24,000 nucleotides of DNA from Romboutsia sp. Marseille-P6047 (GCF_900604535.1 NZ_UWOT01000003.1:186216-210215), one strand, 5' to 3'; numbered from the stretch's first letter, positions 1 to 6,570 are shown. The notes: generated by a model from the sequence alone, not told the origin. A program made the numbers and translations.

Positions 1-383
1 ATTTAGGGACAGGTGTATTTACATCCATATTGGTTGCATCAATAGCGTTATTTGCAGTATTAGCTAAATTATCAAGTAGAAAAGAAGCTGGACATTATCT
101 GGGACTAGGAAGTATATTATTCGCTGGACTTATAGGTATACTAATAGCATTGATAATTAATATATTTATAGGGGGAGCAATGCTTAGTTTATTAATAAGC
201 ATAGTGGGTGTAGTAATATTTTCTGGCTATGTTCTTTATGATATAAGTTTAATAAAGCATGAGATAGAAAATGGTGAAATAAGAGAAAAGAATGATCTCT
301 CTCTACATGTTTTAAACCTTTACTTAGACTTTATTAATATATTACTAGATTTATTGAATATAGCATCAATTTTAGATGATTAA
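1..383 (+). CDS. BAX inhibitor-1/YccA-family integral membrane protein, C-terminal part (5' end lies outside the window)
   Basis: The frame is open from base 3 to the TAA at 381-383. The TTG at 30 listed in the ORF track is internal to this frame. The sequence is strongly hydrophobic and multi-TM, ending ...LHVLNLYLDFINILLDLLNIASILDD, which resembles the C-terminal region of BI-1/YccA proteins. Confidence 0.6.
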   Translation, partial: LGTGVFTSILVASIALFAVLAKLSSRKEAGHYLGLGSILFAGLIGILIALIINIFIGGAMLSLLISIVGVVIFSGYVLYDISLIKHEIENGEIREKNDLSLHVLNLYLDFINILLDLLNIASILDD

Positions 384-397
384 TATATAATATTTTT

Positions 398-451
398 ATA
401 GAGGTGGCTAAACCCAATTTTAAAATGATTGGTTAAGCTATCTCTATTTTT
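398..451 (+). terminator. Rho-independent terminator after the BI-1-like gene
   Basis: A long imperfect hairpin: atagaggtggctaaacccaat (398-418) pairs with attggttaagctatctctat (428-447), including G-U wobbles. A T-run follows at 447-451. Confidence 0.6.
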
Positions 452-505
452 ATACATATAATGTTATAATAATTATAGTATAAATATAACAAAGGGGTGT
501 TTATT

Positions 506-1510
506 ATGATAACTAATGAAGATTATATAAGATATGAACCTATGGTATATAAGATTGCTAATAAATTTAAAAATAATATATATAAATTAGAGATAGAGGA
601 TTTAGTTCAAATAGGGTCTATGGGTTTTATAAGAGGGTTTAATACATATGACGATACAAGGGATTGTAAAAAAGATACTTGGATATATTCATGTATAAAG
701 AGAGCTATATTAAGAGAATTTCAAAATTTAAAGAGAATAAAAAGACAATCTTTAGCTAATTCAATATCAATAGATACACCTATAGGTGGACTGGATGAGG
801 ATATAACAATAGCTGATACGATAGAAGATATAAATATAAATGTATCAGATGAAACTATAGATAAAATAACAATAGAAGCCTATAAAAAAGAAGTAAATAT
901 GATATTAAATGGAATAGAACATTATATTGCTTATGAAACCTTATTTACTGATAAGACATTAACTGAGGTATCAGCTTCAAAAGGAATAGAATACTCAAAG
1001 GCAAAGCATATACAAAATAAAGCATTTAGAGAATTAAAGTTTAAGAGTAAATTAATACGTTCTAAGTATATGGAGTTAAAAGAGCAAGAGGCGGAGAATA
1101 ACATAATTAATTTATATAAAGATCCTGCAAAATCAATTTATATTCATGAAATAAGCAAAGAATTAAGAAATAAATACAGACATGAGCTTGATGTTATAGA
1201 TACTATACAAACTATATTTGATGGACTAGATACATATAAGAGGAATAAGGTTATACAAGGATTTATATTAAGTTTAGATGATATTGTAGAAGCTAAAGAT
1301 CTATTTATATATAAAACTATTGCAGAAGGTAATAGAGCTTATCTAAAGGATAAATATAGCTTTAGTGATATTTATTTTGTGGAAGATAGAATAAAAAATA
1401 CTATTTCTAAAAATAAAGATTTAGTATATGATTTATGGATAAGTTTTAATGACAATTATAAAGAAGATTTAAATAATGAATTTGATAAAAGTATTATTTT
1501 CGATAGATAG
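506..1510 (+). CDS. Sigma-70 family sigma factor-like protein with a ~140 aa C-terminal extension of unknown function
   Basis: ORF 497-1510. The ATG at 506 lies 8 nt after AAAGGGG (491-497). There is a region-2-like segment (EDLVQIGSMGFIRGFNTYD...TWIYSCIKRAILREF) and a region-4-like HTH (TLTEVSASKGIEYSKAKHIQNKAFRELK). I recognise no motif in the last ~140 aa. Confidence 0.6.
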   Translation: MITNEDYIRYEPMVYKIANKFKNNIYKLEIEDLVQIGSMGFIRGFNTYDDTRDCKKDTWIYSCIKRAILREFQNLKRIKRQSLANSISIDTPIGGLDEDITIADTIEDININVSDETIDKITIEAYKKEVNMILNGIEHYIAYETLFTDKTLTEVSASKGIEYSKAKHIQNKAFRELKFKSKLIRSKYMELKEQEAENNIINLYKDPAKSIYIHEISKELRNKYRHELDVIDTIQTIFDGLDTYKRNKVIQGFILSLDDIVEAKDLFIYKTIAEGNRAYLKDKYSFSDIYFVEDRIKNTISKNKDLVYDLWISFNDNYKEDLNNEFDKSIIFDR

Positions 1511-1650
1511 AGTAGTAGATAATAGTAATAATATTTTTAATAGTAATCAAGTTACCTTAGATATGATTTTAGGACTATAAAAATATCTTCTATGGGTTAC
1601 AGAGAGGTTTTGAATAATAAATAAGGTAATTATACCCATACATAGAGTTA

Positions 1651-1692
1651 AAAAAGAAACTAGGCTAAATAAATGGCTTAGTTTCTTTTTTA
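1651..1692 (+). terminator. Rho-independent terminator downstream of the sigma-like gene
   Basis: aagaaactaggc (1654-1665) pairs with gcttagtttctt (1676-1687), with one G-U. The loop is 10 nt and a T-run extends to 1691. Confidence 0.75.
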
Positions 1693-1768
1693 TTTCGTTT
1701 CCATTTTTGGAATCGTTAATATTTATTTAATATCTAATGTTTTATTGAGGTATCAGAGATTGCATTTA

Positions 1769-1790
1769 TTACGGTAAGGTTACGGTAAGG
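1769..1790. repeat. Tandem 11-nt duplication (ttacggtaagg x2, then partial taag)
   Basis: Direct reading: ttacggtaagg at 1769-1779 and again at 1780-1790. Confidence 0.9.
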
Positions 1791-1927
1791 TAAGCGAGTC
1801 ATAGATGTATTACAACGATTAGATTAGTATAAGGTATGCTAAGTTTGTGTTTAGTAATGTTAAGGTTGAAATATGTGAGAAAATGAGCGTTTAAATTGCA
1901 GATAAAAGACTATATAATTGCTAACAT

Positions 1928-2020
1928 AATGAACGAATATAGTTGCGCACTTCCCCAATCTGCAAATTTGCAGACTGCTGATTTCTTTATCACAATGAAC
2001 ACATATAGTTGCGAACTTCC
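1928..2020. repeat. Two 27-nt direct repeats (24/27 identical, 66-nt period) flanking a perfect 14-nt palindrome
   Basis: aatgaacgaatatagttgcgcacttcc (1928-1954) versus aatgaacacatatagttgcgaacttcc (1994-2020). The palindrome ctgcaaatttgcag lies at 1960-1973, and a related half-site aaattgcaga is at ~1895-1904. Confidence 0.9.
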
Positions 2021-2137
2021 AAAACGACAAATAAAAATTACGAAACCAACTCAAATTTCAATTTCCAAAACAAACAACTCAAATAAAAAACGCGGTCAAA
2101 TGGCTATTTATCAAGCTTTAAGTATTGTAATATCAAC

Positions 2138-2159
2138 GTAGTAGTAATGTAGTAGTAAT
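2138..2159. repeat. Tandem 11-nt duplication (gtagtagtaat x2)
   Basis: Direct reading: 2138-2148 and 2149-2159. A perfect 12-nt palindrome tggagtactcca follows at 2181-2192. Confidence 0.9.
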
Positions 2160-2329
2160 AGGAACGTTGCATACTTTTTATGGAGTACTCCAAATGGCAC
2201 GCTCCAAAAGGGTGCACTTATAAAATAAGCTACAATACTGTATTTTACTAGGGTTTAAGCTTCTAAATCAATGTAGTATAATAAAAAGTATAAATTTGCT
2301 TAGTATTTAGGTTATTCTGGAGGATGTAT

Positions 2330-2977
2330 ATGAATGTCATTGATATAAAGAATATAAAAGGTTTATCAGGAAAATATTCAATAAAGTTTGGTAAAGAAAA
2401 GAAATATGTAAACATAGAGGATGATAAGATAACATTATTTGGTCGTATAAAAAGTTATGCTCATGGAGGTTGGTGTAACTATAAAATACAAGATATATTT
2501 ATATCTAAGCAAAAGACAGGTTTTGGAGAAAAGAAATTCTTTGTTTGCCCAGAATGTGGTGAGCGAAGGACTAAAATTTATTGCTATGATAATAAAGAAG
2601 TATTTAAATGTAGAAGCTGTTTAGGTAAAAATATATATTCTGAAAGATGTAATTTATATGATGGAGGAGGGGTAGCTCTTATTGAATATAAGTTTTTTAA
2701 TTTAATATCGGAGCTTGATTTAAGCGAAACCTCAAAGAAAAGACATATACCTTTTGATAGTAGATATTATGGATCATGCAAACCTAAATATATGAGGTAT
2801 GAAAAGTTTGAGTTAATATTAAAGCAATTAACAGCTTTATCAGCTATGAGAGATACTGTTATATTACAAAAGTGCTCATATAGTACTAAGTATATAAATG
2901 GATTATTGAATAGTAATGTACTAAAGAAGCTTAAGTTAATAGATATACCTGATGCTATATGGTTTCATGAAGTATAA
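2330..2977 (+). CDS. Hypothetical zinc-ribbon protein
   Basis: ORF 2324-2977. GGAGG at 2319-2323 favours the ATG at 2330. A sigmaA-like promoter lies upstream (TTTAAG, 17 nt, TATAAT at ~2254-2282). The protein has a CPEC...CRSC pair (FVCPECGERRTKIYCYDNKEVFKCRSC). No other family was recognised. Confidence 0.55.
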   Translation: MNVIDIKNIKGLSGKYSIKFGKEKKYVNIEDDKITLFGRIKSYAHGGWCNYKIQDIFISKQKTGFGEKKFFVCPECGERRTKIYCYDNKEVFKCRSCLGKNIYSERCNLYDGGGVALIEYKFFNLISELDLSETSKKRHIPFDSRYYGSCKPKYMRYEKFELILKQLTALSAMRDTVILQKCSYSTKYINGLLNSNVLKKLKLIDIPDAIWFHEV

Positions 2978-3094
2978 GTATTAATAGAATATATAGAGTA
3001 ATTATTAGAATATAAATAGTAACCATAATTATAATATTTAACATATTATAATTAAATGTAAGTTATAAGACAATAATTTAAAAAGAGGTTTTTA

Positions 3095-3123
3095 TTGTTA
3101 GACCAACGATAGGATGGTATAAT
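3095..3123 (+). promoter_or_regulatory. SigmaA-type promoter of the peptidase/cyclase/TM cassette
   Basis: TTGTTA (3095-3100), a 17-nt spacer, then TATAAT (3118-3123) preceded by TGg (extended -10). The RBS aaggaagggag (3134-3144) precedes the ATG at 3151. Confidence 0.6.
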
Positions 3124-3150
3124 CTTGTTAATAAGGAAGGGAGTGGTATA

Positions 3151-3678
3151 ATGGATTATCGTACTAGAAATATAATAAATAAATTGGCTGATGAGATTAT
3201 AGAATCTTATAAAATTACCGCACCTATTGATGATTTAGAAAGTTTTGTGGAATCTATTGGAGGTAAAGTGACAGAAAATAATCTTAAAAGTGGGTTCTAT
3301 GATGGTCGTATAACTACTCAAAATACAGATTATGAGTTTGAGATTTTTATTCCGGAAAATCAGTATCTAGAAAGAAAAAAATTCACAATAGCACATGAAT
3401 TAGGACATTTATTTTTGCATATGGGTTACCAAATAGATGATGATTTATGGGAGGAGCAACGAGGTAGAGATTACTATAGAAATGGTAGTTCAGAAGAAGA
3501 GCTTCAAGCTAATGAATTCGCAGCAGCATTATTAATGCCAAGGGATGAATATAAGAAAATAATGGAGAAATATACGGACGGAGTATCCGTTAATACAGCT
3601 GAAATTGCTAGATACTTTGGTGTATCTATACAGGCTGCAGCTAATAGAGGAAAATGGTTAGGGTATTTAGCATGGTAG
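3151..3678 (+). CDS. ImmA/IrrE-family (M78-like) zinc metallopeptidase
   Basis: 175 aa. It has the HEXXH motif in FTIAHELGHLFLH, plus the downstream EEELQANEFAAALLMP segment typical of ImmA/IrrE (DUF955) peptidases. Its stop codon overlaps the start of the next gene. Confidence 0.8.
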   Translation: MDYRTRNIINKLADEIIESYKITAPIDDLESFVESIGGKVTENNLKSGFYDGRITTQNTDYEFEIFIPENQYLERKKFTIAHELGHLFLHMGYQIDDDLWEEQRGRDYYRNGSSEEELQANEFAAALLMPRDEYKKIMEKYTDGVSVNTAEIARYFGVSIQAAANRGKWLGYLAW

Positions 3679-5156
3679 ATAAAAAACTTAATTTGGATAG
3701 TAGTCTTATAAAATCTTTGAAAGAGATACGAGAAAATACTGAAGAAGAAAGTAAGAGTAGCAATGTTATTTTATTTTTTTCGTATGATATAGTTAATTCA
3801 TCTTTATATAAAACTGTTAACTATTCAAGTTGGACTATAGTAATAAATAATATATTTAAATACGTAGATAGTTTAGTTACGGAAAGAATGCCTAATTGTG
3901 AATTATGGAGGATACTAGGAGATGAAGCCGTATATATTGTACAAATAAGAGATATTGAACAGATATATAAAAATATTGACTCAATATTTGAGATACTTTG
4001 CAAAACAAAAGAGTATTTATCTAGTGGAGAAATATTTAAAAATTGTAAGTCTGAAATAGATATAGAAATAATGAAAATGCAAAATATATTATCTATAAAA
4101 GGGTCTTCTTGGTTAGCCATTGTTGCAAATGATATTAATGCAAAGGGGTCTAACGTTGAAAATGCTTATTTGCATTATAATAATTTTGAATCAATAAAAA
4201 ATCCAGGTTTTTTTGAATTTTTAGGTAAAGATATAGATGCTGGATTTAGAATTTCAAAAGAAACAAGAGATAGAAGGTTAGTTTTAAGCTTTGAGCTTGC
4301 ATATATTTTGAAAATGAGAACAGATTACTTATCAAAGCTGAATCTAATAACATTTAGAAGACTTAAAGGTATCTGGCATGAAAAATTATATCCAATTATA
4401 TGGTTTCATGATAGAGAAAAGTTTAAAAATATATCATTTGAAGAAAGTTTTAAATTTGATGAGCTAGAAGAAGATGAGCTATCTAGGGAATATTTTAATA
4501 ATAGAAAAAAAGGTAATAGTAGTAATATAAATCAGTATATTTATGAAGATATAAATGGTGCATTAGATAAGATTTTAGAAGATAGAAATCTAAAAAACAA
4601 GATAGAAAAAATATATTCTACTATAGAGGCTACATCGGAATATCATAAAGACTTTACTAATATAATACCTTTAGAAATGCATTGTGTAGCTATTTGTTAT
4701 AAAGTAAATAAATCTGATGGATCAATACAAATATTAGTTGCAAAGAGATCTAGTAAGAAAAAACAAAATCCATCAATATGGGAGTTTGGATGTGCAAAAG
4801 CTAATTATAAAGATAGTATTATAGATACTATAAAAAATGAGTATAAAAAAGATTTTAATATAGATATTGATCTAATATGTTACGAAGATAGAAATGAAAA
4901 GCAACCTATACCTATAGCAGTATATGAAATTGAAAAAGGTTCAGATATACATAAAGGTGTAATATTCATAGCAGAATGTAAGAATGATGAATCCGTAGTA
5001 CGTATAAATGATAAACATGAAGAAGTAAAGTGGATTAATGTAGAAGAAATAGAAACTTTTAGAGATGAAGAATGTGTATTAGATTTTAAAAATACTATTA
5101 ACATAGCCTCTAAGAAAATAAAAGAAATGAGGGAAAATATATTCGAGTATGCCTAA
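3654..5156 (+). CDS. Fusion protein: N-terminal class III nucleotide cyclase-like domain (PycC/adenylate-guanylate cyclase fold) plus C-terminal Nudix-fold domain with a degenerate Nudix box
   Basis: 500 aa; an alternative start is the ATG at 3672 (ATGgTAG overlap with the peptidase stop). Cyclase-like motifs: ILFFSYD45IVNSS (compare FxDIxGFT), WRILGD90EAVYIV (compare KTIGDAxMAxF), LGKDIDAGFR199ISKETRDRRLVLS (compare GxxVNxAxRxxxxxxxxxIxVS) and ITFRRLKG239IWHEKLYPIIWF (compare LKGxxxPVxVYxL). Nudix-like: HCVAICYKV...ILVAKRS...IWEFGCAKANYKDSIIDTIKNEYKKDFNI aligns to WxxPGGxxExGExxxxAAxRExxEExGU, but REx2EE is NEx2KD. ...HEEVKWINVEEI lies at the end. Confidence 0.75.
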   Translation: MVRVFSMVDKKLNLDSSLIKSLKEIRENTEEESKSSNVILFFSYDIVNSSLYKTVNYSSWTIVINNIFKYVDSLVTERMPNCELWRILGDEAVYIVQIRDIEQIYKNIDSIFEILCKTKEYLSSGEIFKNCKSEIDIEIMKMQNILSIKGSSWLAIVANDINAKGSNVENAYLHYNNFESIKNPGFFEFLGKDIDAGFRISKETRDRRLVLSFELAYILKMRTDYLSKLNLITFRRLKGIWHEKLYPIIWFHDREKFKNISFEESFKFDELEEDELSREYFNNRKKGNSSNINQYIYEDINGALDKILEDRNLKNKIEKIYSTIEATSEYHKDFTNIIPLEMHCVAICYKVNKSDGSIQILVAKRSSKKKQNPSIWEFGCAKANYKDSIIDTIKNEYKKDFNIDIDLICYEDRNEKQPIPIAVYEIEKGSDIHKGVIFIAECKNDESVVRINDKHEEVKWINVEEIETFRDEECVLDFKNTINIASKKIKEMRENIFEYA

Positions 5157-5716
5157 AAGAAATTTTGAACAGGACGTTTTGGATGACTTAAAGTATATAT
5201 TTGAGAATGTAAACAATTGGCTTAACTTTGCGGAGTTAAAGAATGGAGCATTATTAGTATTTCTAACAACAGTCATAATTGGATTAACCCAATTAAATTT
5301 ACCTGATGATAGTAATATACTAATCAAGATATTTTATATAGTATCAATGATTGATATACTTATAAGTATAATTATATTACTACTATCTTTTGTTCCTAAG
5401 ATAAGTAATATAAAGCCTAAATATAATGCTAATATAAATTATCTTAATAAGAATCTTATATTTTGCAGATATAATCAAAGCTAGGGATTATGAAGAATAT
5501 TTAATAAATATATATGAGGATTATTACAATACAATTGTATCCAAAGAAGAGTTAAACTTAAAAGAAAAGCATTTAGCTGAGGAGATTTTTATAAATTCAA
5601 ATATAGCATCTAATAAATATAATTATTTTAAATATAGCTTATATTGCTGTTTACCTGGTATAATTTTATCAATTATACTTATATTAATGATTTATATAAC
5701 AAGCTATATATACTAA
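5149..5716 (+). pseudogene. Small 3-TM membrane protein (putative effector; possibly Pycsar-effector/SLATT-like), interrupted by a 1-nt frameshift
   Basis: The ATG at 5149 overlaps the upstream stop (ATGCCTAA). Frame 1 ends at the TAG at 5482-5484. Frame 2 is open from 5438 to the TAA at 5714-5716 and encodes ...FADIIKARDYEEYLINIYEDYYNTIVSKEELNLKEKHLAEEIFINSNIASNKYNYFKYSLYCCLPGIILSIILILMIYITSYIY. Deleting one T from the T4 run (5461-5464) joins both parts into a ~188 aa protein with three hydrophobic helices. The second part has no start codon of its own near its beginning. Confidence 0.7.
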
Positions 5717-5742
5717 ATTAAATAAATTGTTTTACATATAAT

Positions 5743-5770
5743 AAGGATTCTTGATATAGAGTCCTTTTTT
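5743..5770 (+). terminator. Rho-independent terminator closing the three-gene cassette
   Basis: aaggattc (5743-5750) pairs with gagtcctt (5759-5766), with one G-U. T6 follows at 5765-5770. Confidence 0.7.
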
Positions 5771-6506
5771 ATTACAACTATCAGAACTATAAATATCAGA
5801 ACACAATTACAATTAAATTTAAAGAAAATAAAAAGGTTAAATAAGGAATCGATTAGATATAATGAGATTCAATCTAATTTACAAAATAATAAATAGAGCA
5901 ACTTTTATAGAGATATTGAAAATATTATGATGTAAATGTAATAATTGTTTATTATTATGTTGGCCGATTGCTAAAGAGTGCATCTATTTTGATTTATAAT
6001 GTATCCTTTTTATATATTAATAAGAATATGCAAAACGATGAATAAGAATGATATTTACATAAATATTCAGATCAGAGACTTGATGTTTCAATATTATATA
6101 AATTTTACTTAGTATCATTTAGCTAGTTAATAATTATAAAGTTTATATTTGTTAGAAAATAAGAGTGGAAATAATATAGTATACATGTGTGTTATAAGAT
6201 AAAAAATAAACTTCTTAATATAATAGAATGAGAATGATACCAAGATAGATTTTAATATTTAACGTATAAAAAGTTGTAAAGCATAAATTGGATTATAAGG
6301 CACTCGCATTATATTAGTAATGTATTTATACCTTGTAATGCTTAAAATGGCATATAAAAGATATAACACAAAATAACACAATATTAACACAACTAATATG
6401 AAAAATAATAGAAAGTGCAAATTTTACATTAGCATATTGTATTAGCAAAAGTATTGATATAACTAAGTTTGATTGAATGTAGAAAAATATTAAAATTATA
6501 ATTATA

Positions 6507-6540
6507 GACTCCCCTCGTCTCCACCATTAAAATCCACGAA
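6507..6540 (+). repeat. tmRNA (ssrA) 3'-end fragment plus conserved flank (att-site remnant), copy A
   Basis: gactcccctcgtctccacca (6507-6526) reads as T-loop end, T-stem 3' strand, acceptor 3' strand CGTCTCC and ACCA of a Firmicute-type tmRNA. It is followed by ttaaaatccacgaa (6527-6540), a flank shared with copies B and C. No tmRNA 5' part (GGGGACG..., tag ORF) lies upstream. Confidence 0.65.
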
Positions 6541-6543
6541 AAG

Positions 6544-6570
6544 TCATACTAAATTTAGTATGATTTTTTT
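6544..6570 (+). terminator. Rho-independent terminator immediately after ssrA-like copy A
   Basis: tcatacta (6544-6551), loop aatt, tagtatga (6556-6563), then T7 (6564-6570). Confidence 0.75.

Noticed and set aside
1860-2141. ORFs 1896-2141 (+, 81 aa) and 1860-2054 (-, 64 aa) in the structured spacer. The + ORF even shows an internal peptide repeat (MNEYSCALPQ / MNTYSCELPK).
   Set aside because: The peptide repeat is simply the in-frame 66-nt DNA repeat. There is no convincing RBS before the TTG at 1896 or the internal ATG. The two ORFs overlap each other on opposite strands, and their composition is low-complexity. I treat the region as non-coding.
3821-5327. Antisense ORFs 3821-4120, 4880-5104 and 5079-5327 (-) inside the cyclase-Nudix and TM genes.
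   Set aside because: They are isoleucine/serine/phenylalanine-rich shadow ORFs typical of AT-rich DNA opposite a real gene. They have no RBS, and the sense-strand genes carry clear motifs.
6150-6526. Possibility that a complete tmRNA gene ends at 6526.
   Set aside because: There is no 5' GGGGACG-type acceptor strand, no alanine-rich tag ORF and no GC-rich pseudoknot regions in the ~400 nt upstream. Only the last ~20 nt are tmRNA-like, so it is a fragment.
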